A DNA stretch of 64,000 bases from NCBI GenBank assembly GCA_018675335.1, contig JABGYH010000007.1, positions 308,232 to 372,231 of the forward strand. The letters are read 5' to 3'. The notes under the pieces were generated by a model. The model was not told the origin of the DNA. It saw only the letters and a program-made list of their open reading frames with translations, and did not search any database. A program made the position numbers and the translations under genes. This DNA comes from Candidatus Woesearchaeota archaeon. Its GTDB lineage: Archaea; Nanobdellota; Nanobdellia; Woesearchaeales; UBA11576. Positions 9,616 to 17,750 of this stretch are shown here, one piece after another (the stretch's first letter is position 1; every line of letters starts with the position of its first letter).

Positions 9616-9802
9616 GAAAAAAGATTCAGGATAATTTGTTTATAAATCTTTGGAAGAAAAAGAAACTGAATTTGATTGAAAGCAGATGACTGCAATAAGT
9701 TTTATATATCACTGCAAGATTTCTTTTACGCAGCGCGAAAGGCTTAAATTGGTTAATTGAACGCTAAACTAATGTTACCTTAAAATTAATGCTTAAAAAA
9801 AC

Positions 9803-10007
9803 GTGGGGGTAGCAAAGTATGGTCAAATGCGCTGGACTCAAGTTAAATTTGAGTGATGAGCTTATGCGATGAATAATTACGCATATGACTTTCCTATTAT
9901 GAGGAATCCAGTCCTTTAGTAGGTTCAGGGGTTCGAAATTAAATATGATTTTTTTAGTGCTTAAAACTAACTAAAAACCATATTTGACGATTGTCCCCTC
10001 CCCCACA
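9803..10007 (+). tRNA. tRNA-Leu(CAA) with two introns: 9843-9905 at 37/38 and 9938-9993 at 59/60
   Basis: Acceptor GUGGGGG/CCCCCAC-A; anticodon stem CUGGA/UCCAG with CAA at 9839-41; long variable arm; T stem AGGGG/CCCCU; both junctions form BHB motifs; no encoded CCA. Confidence 0.92.
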
Positions 10008-10049
10008 TTTTCTATTTTTTTATCATAAATAATAATTAGAACAATAAAA

Positions 10050-11084
10050 TTAAAAGAAATCTCCAAGACCTTTTTGCGCTGCTTTTTGTTGTTGCTTTTC
10101 AAGTTTTTTTAATGCAGACAAAACACGATCTTTGCTAAAATCATGTTCTTCACATAAAATTTTACAAACCCTATCAGGATCAATTGCAGTCCAGGTTAAA
10201 TCATAATCATCAGTGTGAGGCATTTTTTTAAATAAATAAAATACTTCAGTCCAAGGAAAATCAAAAAAATCATCCCACTTAACTTCTTCAAATAAACTAT
10301 CAAAATCAGAACCATGTTTTTTAACTAACTTAATTGCATTTTTTGGACCAATACCCCTAATTCCTCCAACATTGAAATCAGTTCCAACTAACATGCCGAC
10401 AGCAATTAATTGATCTCTATCAATACCTAAATGATTAAGGTTTTCTGCAAGTTCTATTATTTCAGGTTTAATTTGTTCATAAGACAATCTGCCCAACATT
10501 TTTTTACGCTCAGAAATAGTTAAATTACGAACCATAATAGGCACTCCAAACATCAAACAATCAAAGTCTTGAGAAATTTCATAATCAACTTCCCCTTTTG
10601 AAACCATGTATGCTGCTTGGGCCTCCCCCTCGCTTGGTGCTTGAATAACTGGAATTCCCAGCGCCAATAAAAGTTCTTTTGCTTCACTTACCATTTCAGG
10701 ACTTAACTTAGCAGTTCTTGCAGCAAATTTTTTCATACCTTCGAGATCGTGCTCAGCTTCCGCTTCTTTAAATTTTTTTTGAGCGTCTGATTTGAGTTGT
10801 GCTCGCCTAATACGTTCTTTAGTTTTAAGTTCTGGTGCTTTCCCATCAAAAACAAAAGCAAGTTTCATTCCATGAGACATAAGTTTAGTTGACCTATAAA
10901 ATAATCCACTAAGATGAGATGTTACTCTACCTTTAGAATCAGTAAGAAGTGCTCCGTCTCTTTGACGAATTGTCGATACAAATTGATATAAAATATTAAA
11001 TGCATCTACTGCAAACGTTTTATTATTAAATTGATTAATCGACGCTTCTTTTTTCAAAATTAAATCTTTAAGATTAACACCCAT
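10050..11084 (-). CDS. fen: flap endonuclease 1
   Basis: MGV, AVDAFNILYQF, FVFDG, APSEGEAQAA, GTDFN, GIGPK motifs; C-terminal PIP box QKGLGDFF. Confidence 0.97.
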   Translation of the reverse strand: MGVNLKDLILKKEASINQFNNKTFAVDAFNILYQFVSTIRQRDGALLTDSKGRVTSHLSGLFYRSTKLMSHGMKLAFVFDGKAPELKTKERIRRAQLKSDAQKKFKEAEAEHDLEGMKKFAARTAKLSPEMVSEAKELLLALGIPVIQAPSEGEAQAAYMVSKGEVDYEISQDFDCLMFGVPIMVRNLTISERKKMLGRLSYEQIKPEIIELAENLNHLGIDRDQLIAVGMLVGTDFNVGGIRGIGPKNAIKLVKKHGSDFDSLFEEVKWDDFFDFPWTEVFYLFKKMPHTDDYDLTWTAIDPDRVCKILCEEHDFSKDRVLSALKKLEKQQQKAAQKGLGDFF

Positions 11085-11194
11085 TCAAGACACCTTTTAA
11101 ACTGAATTTAGACTTCTGGTTATTGACTGTGCTCACAAACTTCCCAGCATAAAATATTTATGAATTACAGATTTATGAATTATATATTTACAGT

Positions 11195-12472
11195 TCAGAT
11201 ATTGTTGATGACCATTCCTTTAAATTCATTAGACAACATTTCTTCTGCTCGCTTAGTTAACTTTCCCGACGTAACAAAAAGAACAGGTAACTTTTTTAAT
11301 TGTCCTTGAACAAACGCTGAACTTAAATCACCATCATTAATTGTTTTTTTTGATTTAGCTTTACAATAAAAACTAATAACTCCTACTGGACTTGGAACAT
11401 CAAGTACCAAATCAAGTTCAGAATTTTTTCGAATAATTTTTATGTCAATAAGTTTAATATCATTTGATTTTAAAAATGAACTTATTTGAGACCCGAACTC
11501 ATCATCAGGAATTTGAGGAAGTGGTTTTTCAAAAGTTTTTTGCGTTTCATTAGAAATTGATTCAAGTTTTGATTTTTTAGGTTTTGGTTTATCCCTCGAT
11601 ATTTCTTTAATTTGAGAAATTTCTTTTCTTAAGTCTGAGATGATAGATTTTTGTTGATTGATAAGATCATTTCTATGTTTTAAAAGAGATTGTTCTAATT
11701 CTAAAATTGTTTGATGATCATTAAGTTGAGCTTTAGATGGTACTTCACTATCACTCGTTGTTGAAGGAACCTGACTTTTTTGAGTTAATACTTCAGGCTC
11801 CACATTTGGTTGCGCATTAGGTCGGGGTGATTCAACTGGCGTTGGTTGTGCAGGATGAGTTTGAGTAATTGGTTTTTGAGTTGGTTGTATGTGCTCCGCT
11901 GCAATTGAATTAGAATTTTCTTTTTGAACCTGAGTGTTTTGCGATTGAACTTGATTATTTTCAGGAACATCTGCTTTTGGAACTTCATCTACTTTTTCAA
12001 CTTCAGGTGCAGACTTATCTTCAATTCCCAATAATTTTTTAATAAAAACCGAACTCTCATCATTTGATAACAAATACCATTTCCAAAAAATTTCAGTAGA
12101 ATTATTATGCGAAACTTCTAACGGAATTGCAAAGTCTTTAATTTCTCTTAAACTAACTCGCACCAAAGGAGTCTGAGTTGAATCTTGAAGAATCTTTTTA
12201 GATTTTAATAAATCAAAAGTATCACGATCTTTTGCATTAAGTTTATTTGAAAAATTTTGAAGAAGATGTTCTTGACCTGGCTTAAAATACAAAGGAGACC
12301 CCCCAAATTTCAAATTTGAAAGCTTTAAAATTTTATTATCAACAAGCTCGGATAACATAGCTGATGTAAACAGAATATTTAGATTTAATTCCTTATTAAT
12401 ATTTGATGGAATAACTGGGCCTTTAATACTTATTAACTGAAGGATCTTAGACTGGTTATCTGGAGCTGCCAT
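11195..12472 (-). CDS. conserved hypothetical protein: wHTH-like N-terminus, disordered linker, degenerate restriction-endonuclease-like C-terminus
   Basis: KGPVIPSNI...SAMLSELV; C-terminal ELDLV...FYCKAKSKK...VLFVTSGKLT. Confidence 0.6.
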   Translation of the reverse strand: MAAPDNQSKILQLISIKGPVIPSNINKELNLNILFTSAMLSELVDNKILKLSNLKFGGSPLYFKPGQEHLLQNFSNKLNAKDRDTFDLLKSKKILQDSTQTPLVRVSLREIKDFAIPLEVSHNNSTEIFWKWYLLSNDESSVFIKKLLGIEDKSAPEVEKVDEVPKADVPENNQVQSQNTQVQKENSNSIAAEHIQPTQKPITQTHPAQPTPVESPRPNAQPNVEPEVLTQKSQVPSTTSDSEVPSKAQLNDHQTILELEQSLLKHRNDLINQQKSIISDLRKEISQIKEISRDKPKPKKSKLESISNETQKTFEKPLPQIPDDEFGSQISSFLKSNDIKLIDIKIIRKNSELDLVLDVPSPVGVISFYCKAKSKKTINDGDLSSAFVQGQLKKLPVLFVTSGKLTKRAEEMLSNEFKGMVINNI

Positions 12473-12587
12473 AATACAAAATAAAAGAAATCAAAGGTAT
12501 ATAAGTATTTTGATACAAGTGGAAAGTAAAAACAAAAAAAAGTAAATTAAGTTAAAAAAATGATTAGAAATTTAATTATAACTACGT

Positions 12588-13118
12588 TTATGGTCGCATC
12601 CAACGAATTTCCCAGTAAGTAACATCAGTCTCAGCATCAACAACACCGATTAAAAGCCGTTTTTTAGTTGAGTTTGCAACACGATTTTTTGCAGAAAATT
12701 CATACCATGAAAAACTATCTGATTCTTTAACAGGATATACTAACCATTTGGCATGATCTTCACCAGGTTTCACACCACGATCGTAAACCCTAAAATCAGC
12801 ACCAAACTTAAGTGCAGTCTTAACAATATACCCTCTGTTTCTTAAATCCTTAAACACGCAGAATCTAGTCCAGAAATTATTTTCTTTTCTTAACGCTTTT
12901 TTAAGAAAATTCTGATCATCAAGTGGCTTATTACGAAGATCAGTAATGACAATACGTTTTTTTTGCATAAGATAATAAGCTTCAATAAGAGATAATTCTA
13001 CTCTGCTTTCAACAACAACCCCAAATCTACTTTGATTATAAAGTTCTCTTGCTATATCACTATCTTCAGTTAATACTCTTTCCTTAGCAAAAATTGCTTT
13101 AACAACTTGTTTTGGCAT
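12588..13118 (-). CDS. endA: tRNA splicing endonuclease, catalytic subunit
   Basis: LSLIEAYYL; DLRNRGYIVKTALKFGADFRVY (Tyr); EDHAKW (His); STKK (Lys). Confidence 0.95.
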   Translation of the reverse strand: MPKQVVKAIFAKERVLTEDSDIARELYNQSRFGVVVESRVELSLIEAYYLMQKKRIVITDLRNKPLDDQNFLKKALRKENNFWTRFCVFKDLRNRGYIVKTALKFGADFRVYDRGVKPGEDHAKWLVYPVKESDSFSWYEFSAKNRVANSTKKRLLIGVVDAETDVTYWEIRWMRP

Positions 13119-13254
13119 TTTATATCAGATTGAGAGGGTTATTTATAAAGGTTTGGGGATTTAATAACTTTGTTTAAATAGGATTTATAAAGGAAAATAA
13201 TATAAATGGATAATGGAAATTAACTAATAATATATTCACTAAAATTGATTGTGC

Positions 13255-13692
13255 GTACGCCAATTACAAACTCAATCGTACTCGATTATTAAAAAAAACT
13301 CAAAACAAAAATAAAATGCAACTAACATTTTTAGGCACCAACTGGTTACGCTCAGCTTGACACGCAACACCCAGTACGATTTCGCAAACTCAATCGTACT
13401 CGATTATTAAAAAAAACTCAAAACAAAAATAAAATGCAACTAACATTTTTGGGCACCAACTGGTTACGCTCAGCTTGACACGCAACATCCAGTACGATTT
13501 CATAAATTCAATCGTACGCAATTTTAAAAAAAAACTCAAAACAAAAACAAAATGCAACTAACATTTTTGGGCACCAACTGGTTACGCTCAGCTTGACACG
13601 CAACATCCAGTACGATTTCATAAACTCAATCGTACGCAATTTTAAAAAAAAACTCAAAACAAAAACAAAATGCAACTAACATTTTTAGGCAC
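13255..13692 (+). repeat. 118-bp tandem repeat containing the rnz 5' end (3 full units plus the true gene start)
   Basis: ATGCAACTAACATTTTT(A/G)GGCAC at 13316, 13434, 13552 and 13670 (period 118). Confidence 0.95.
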
Positions 13693-14578
13693 TAGTGCCA
13701 TGGTTCCAACAAAGGAACGAAATGTATCAGGGATTTTTCTAGATTACAAAACAGAAGGAATACTATTTGATTGCGGAGAAGGAACGCAAAGACAGATGAA
13801 TATAACTGGAATAAAAAGATCAAAGGTTACAAAAATACTAATCAGCCATTGGCATGGAGATCACGTTTCAGGAATTATTGGCCTCATCCAAACAATGGGT
13901 TCAGATCAAGTAACTCACACAGTAAGAATATATGGCCCAACAGAAACTAAAAAAAGAGTTGAACATATGATGCAAACTTGCATATTTGATCAAAAAATAG
14001 AAATTGAAGTGATGGAACTTGAACCTGTGGGAACAGAAGTATTAAGATTTTTTGAAAACGAAAATTATGCACTAGAATGTGCTGCTCTTGATCATAAACT
14101 ACCTTGCATAGGATTTAATTTTATTCAAAAAGATCAGCTTAATGTGAGCATGGCAAAAATTAGCAAATTAGGACTGAGTGAAGGCCCATACTTAAGACAA
14201 ATTAAAGAAGGAAAAGATGTTACTGTAAACGGAATTAAAGTTCTTTGTAAAGATGTAACGTATCTTAAACCAGGAAAAAAAATAAGTTATGTTGCAGATA
14301 CTCAAACTTGCGAAGGTGCACTGAGACTCGCCGAAAATGCAGACATACTAATAAGTGAATGCGTTTATGCCTCATCAACACACCAAGAAAAAGCAGAACA
14401 ATACAAACACATGAGCGCAAAAGATGCAGCAATGCTTGCAAATCGGGCAGAAGCAAAAAAATTAATACTCACACACTTTTCTCAAAGATACAAAAACACA
14501 CAAGACATAGAAGAAGAAGCTAGCATGTACTTTGATAATGTAATTTGTGCAGAAGATTTTATGAAAATAAAAATTTAA
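13670..14578 (+). CDS. rnz: ribonuclease Z (tRNase Z)
   Basis: FLGTS..VPTKERN, FDCGEGTQRQ, SHWHGDH, GP exosite, LTHFSQRY motifs. Confidence 0.96.
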   Translation: MQLTFLGTSAMVPTKERNVSGIFLDYKTEGILFDCGEGTQRQMNITGIKRSKVTKILISHWHGDHVSGIIGLIQTMGSDQVTHTVRIYGPTETKKRVEHMMQTCIFDQKIEIEVMELEPVGTEVLRFFENENYALECAALDHKLPCIGFNFIQKDQLNVSMAKISKLGLSEGPYLRQIKEGKDVTVNGIKVLCKDVTYLKPGKKISYVADTQTCEGALRLAENADILISECVYASSTHQEKAEQYKHMSAKDAAMLANRAEAKKLILTHFSQRYKNTQDIEEEASMYFDNVICAEDFMKIKI

Positions 14579-14658
14579 TTCTTTTCTCGACGAGAAAAAT
14601 TCATCTGCTTTGTTTAAATTCATAATTTTAAAACAGAAATTGTTAAACTAAAATATAA

Positions 14659-14796
14659 TTAAAATTCCCAAATAGACTTCTGTCCGGCTTTCAAAAGCTG
14701 TTCTGCTTCATCATAAGTTATACGTCGTTTATTCATCAAAGCTCTAACTTGAGTTTCAAAAGTTTCTTCTTCAGTTTTTTTTTGCTCACCAAACAT
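14659..14796 (-). CDS. 45-aa microprotein ending in a PIP-box-like motif
   Basis: Not in ORF track. Translates to MFGEQKKTEEETFETQVRALMNKRRITYDEAEQLLKAGQKSIWEF; TTTAAATA box ~25 nt upstream suggests a leaderless transcript. Confidence 0.7.
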   Translation of the reverse strand: MFGEQKKTEEETFETQVRALMNKRRITYDEAEQLLKAGQKSIWEF

Positions 14797-15021
14797 CTTA
14801 ATATAAAATTATTAGAAATGTTATTTAAAGTTTGTTTACCATTACACAATTAAATAAATAAATATGAAATCGCACAATAGTAACAAAAACATGAATTGTT
14901 TATGTAATGCCCCAGAAATACATATTTGATCAAAAGTTTTGATTGATAAAAACATAATAATAAAAATAGTTCTTACTTAAGTAAACACATAATTATTTTG
15001 AAATGTAAACAATAAATAACA

Positions 15022-15414
15022 ATGAGTCTAAAAAGTAAAGGAATTAATGCTGAAAGAGAATTAATCCACAAATTTTGGGGATCTGGTTGGGCCTCAACAA
15101 GAGTTGCAGGAAGTGGTTCAATCAAATACGCTAGTCCTGATGTTATTGCAGGACGAGGTAATCGTAAAATAGTAATAGAATGCAAAGTCACTAAAAATAC
15201 TCGGCAATATCTCACCCATAAAGAAGTAAAAGAATTACAAGAGTTTGCAAGCATATTTGGAGGGGAAGCCTGGATCGGGGTTAAATTTAATTCTTACGGC
15301 TGGTATTTTTTAAATATTGAAGACTTAGAACTAACACCTAAAAGTTATGTTACAAGTTTAGAACATGCAAAATTAAAAGGATTACTCTTCGAAGAATTAA
15401 TTGAATTCAAATAA
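15022..15414 (+). CDS. hjc: Holliday junction resolvase Hjc
   Basis: KGINAEREL, RVAGSGS, PDVIAG, IECK motifs. Confidence 0.95.
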   Translation: MSLKSKGINAERELIHKFWGSGWASTRVAGSGSIKYASPDVIAGRGNRKIVIECKVTKNTRQYLTHKEVKELQEFASIFGGEAWIGVKFNSYGWYFLNIEDLELTPKSYVTSLEHAKLKGLLFEELIEFK

Positions 15415-15426
15415 ATTATTATGAAT

Positions 15427-16356
15427 TTACTTTTTTTTAGCTTTTGTTTTTTTAAGAAGTTCATCAACTTCTTTTTCCTTCTTCTTAATTTTTTTAACTT
15501 CAGATTTTACTTCTTGAATCTCATCTTCTTGACGTTCATGTGATTCTTCTGCTCGATCCAACTTATGTTCTTCTCTTTTTAAAATATTACTTTGAGTGCC
15601 AGAAATGTAAACTAATAACAATGCAATAAATAACACATTAATTACCATCCCAAACATAATTTCCAAACTAGTCATAAATCTTGCTGCAGTCGATAAAGGA
15701 GTAATTTCTCCATACCCAATTGTTGCAAATGTTACAACACTATAATAAATAAAAGTAGTTGGTTCAAGTTCTTCTTCAAATCCAACAGTAAATGCGTCCG
15801 GCGAATGAACATACATATCATAATACTGCATACCAAAACCAAAAATATACAATAAAACAATCGCAAGATACACAACCATAACGTATAATTGTTTTCCTTT
15901 AATGAACCAATCTTTAATATTAGAATAAATACCTAAAACTTCGGGAGCAAAAATAAATGTTAATAAAAGATAATGCGCAAAATAACACAACGACCCAAGT
16001 AAAAAACCAGGATTACCTGCTAATGCAGAAGGCAAGGAAAGTCCAATACCCACAAGAAAAAAAGCTAAAATGGAATATCTAATTCCTGAAATTTTCTCTC
16101 GCCTACGAATAAAAGGGATTATCAACATAAAAATAAGAAATGTAAAAACAAACATGAAAATTCTAGCGACAATAGTTTGCGATGTTTCAAAGAAAATACT
16201 AAAAATTGAACCTAACCAAAAAGAAATCAAAAGCGCAATTAAAATAGGAATAAAAAAGAGCAAATTATAATTAACTAATTTCATAAGAGAAATATCAGTT
16301 TTGCCAATATCAGACGGGTGCGACACCTCTTTTTTCATACGATCCCACAGATTCAT
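15427..16356 (-). CDS. potassium channel pore-domain membrane protein with C-terminal coiled coil
   Basis: YYSVVTFATIGYGEITP selectivity filter; several upstream TM helices. Confidence 0.85.
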   Translation of the reverse strand: MNLWDRMKKEVSHPSDIGKTDISLMKLVNYNLLFFIPILIALLISFWLGSIFSIFFETSQTIVARIFMFVFTFLIFMLIIPFIRRREKISGIRYSILAFFLVGIGLSLPSALAGNPGFLLGSLCYFAHYLLLTFIFAPEVLGIYSNIKDWFIKGKQLYVMVVYLAIVLLYIFGFGMQYYDMYVHSPDAFTVGFEEELEPTTFIYYSVVTFATIGYGEITPLSTAARFMTSLEIMFGMVINVLFIALLLVYISGTQSNILKREEHKLDRAEESHERQEDEIQEVKSEVKKIKKKEKEVDELLKKTKAKKK

Positions 16357-16469
16357 TATTTAAATACAAATAAAAAGACTATTTAAATGTTTCTCATAAA
16401 AAAAATAAAAAAGATTACACCAACAAAGAAATAGTAAGATTAATAAAACTCAAATTAATACAAACTAAT

Positions 16470-17069
16470 ATGAAATCTTGGATGCATAAATTCGAACATT
16501 TAATTGATAAATCAATACCTTATACTTTAATACTATTATTAGGAATCATTGTTATTGAAATATTTTTTAAAGACTTTGCACACCACTACCACACAATAAT
16601 TTCCATACTTGATTGGATTGTAATTTCAGTATTTGTTTTTGATCTTGTGTTCAAATATATCCGAATAAGAAATGTAAAAAATTTTATAAAAAAATGCTGG
16701 CTAGATATTATCGCAGTATTTCCTTTCTTTATTTTTTTTCGAGCAATAGAAGGAATTGCAGGGACATTATCATTTGGACTCAATGAAGGACTTGGAACAT
16801 TTCAAAGCATTCTACACGAGGGAGTCGAAGTTGAAAAGGAAGGCGCAAAAATAATTGAAGCAATAGAAAAAGAAGGCACACGAGGTGCAAAAATGACTCG
16901 AAGCACTCGATTTACAAGATTTGTTCGAATGTTTTCACGAACTCCCCGATTTTTAAAAGCAGTGCCTTTTTATGCAAAACCAACAGGCCAACATCACCCT
17001 CACGAAACCATACTCAATAATAAAAAGAAAGCACATAAAAAAACTAATTCTAAAAAGAAAAGAGTATGA
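16470..17069 (+). CDS. stand-alone voltage-sensor-like (ion transport S1-S4) protein
   Basis: S2 DWIVISVFVFDL; S3 WLDIIAVFPF; S4-like RSTRFTRFVRMFSRTPRFLK; no pore motif. Confidence 0.7.
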   Translation: MKSWMHKFEHLIDKSIPYTLILLLGIIVIEIFFKDFAHHYHTIISILDWIVISVFVFDLVFKYIRIRNVKNFIKKCWLDIIAVFPFFIFFRAIEGIAGTLSFGLNEGLGTFQSILHEGVEVEKEGAKIIEAIEKEGTRGAKMTRSTRFTRFVRMFSRTPRFLKAVPFYAKPTGQHHPHETILNNKKKAHKKTNSKKKRV

Positions 17070-17116
17070 TATTGAACATACTTAATGTCTAATTAATAAT
17101 AATTAAAAAGAATAAA

Positions 17117-17229
17117 AGCCCTTGGTGAGAGTTGAACTCACGACCTGCTGCTAACTCAAATAAACACATTTTACAAGTTCTGTGTTAGGATATACGAGGC
17201 AGCCGCTCCAGCCACTAAGCTACAAGGGC
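17117..17229 (-). tRNA. tRNA-Thr(CGU) with a 40-nt intron (17153-17192) at 37/38
   Basis: Acceptor GCCCUUG/CAAGGGC-U; anticodon stem GCUGC/GCAGC; central helix CUCG/UGAG with 3-nt bulges; T loop UUCAACU. Confidence 0.92.
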
Positions 17230-17261
17230 AAGTATGAACGTAAATTCAAACATGACTATAA

Positions 17262-17417
17262 TTAAATTTTTTCTAATACTTCCTTTTTTGTTTGAAACTT
17301 ATTTTGACATTCACTACAAATAATATGCTTCTTACCCTTTTCATCCTTAACATAAGAACCAAATGGTTTTTCTAAAAAATTCATTTGAACCTTTTGCTTA
17401 CAAATCTCGCACTTCAT
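17262..17417 (-). CDS. 51-aa zinc-finger protein
   Basis: Not in ORF track. Translates to MKCEICKQKVQMNFLEKPFGSYVKDEKGKKHIICSECQNKFQTKKEVLEKI; probably cotranscribed with tRNA-Thr. Confidence 0.8.
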   Translation of the reverse strand: MKCEICKQKVQMNFLEKPFGSYVKDEKGKKHIICSECQNKFQTKKEVLEKI

Positions 17418-17496
17418 ATTAACTAAAGAAAAAAGATTTGTTTATAAATTTAATCAAATAAGTTTAAATACTTAAAAAACCAATATATACATTAAA

Positions 17497-17724
17497 ATGA
17501 TAGGATTCGTACTAATCTCACTAAATCATGGAGATGAACAGAAAGTACAAGCTGAATTACAACTATTAGAACAAGTAACTGAAGTTCATATTCTATTTGG
17601 AGAATGGGACTTAATCGCAAAAGTTACCGTAGATGGTCCAGAAGCACTTTCAACATTTGTTATGGACGCAGTTAGAACAATACCTGAAATAAAAATGTCA
17701 TCTACTCTTATTGTTGCGAAATAA
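17497..17724 (+). CDS. stand-alone Lrp/AsnC ligand-binding (RAM) domain
   Basis: GFVLI, VHILFGEWDLIAKV, STLIV motifs; no HTH. Confidence 0.9.
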   Translation: MIGFVLISLNHGDEQKVQAELQLLEQVTEVHILFGEWDLIAKVTVDGPEALSTFVMDAVRTIPEIKMSSTLIVAK

Positions 17725-17750
17725 ACATGAACTTAGAAAAAAACTAATAT

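Noticed and set aside
9725-9780. Separate small RNA upstream of tRNA-Leu
   Set aside because: CGAAAGGCTTAAAT reads as the tRNA's BRE/TATA promoter and the pairing is minimal
13255-13692. CRISPR array
   Set aside because: The would-be spacers are near-identical, the unit is 118 bp, the repeat includes the rnz start codon, and no cas genes are in the window
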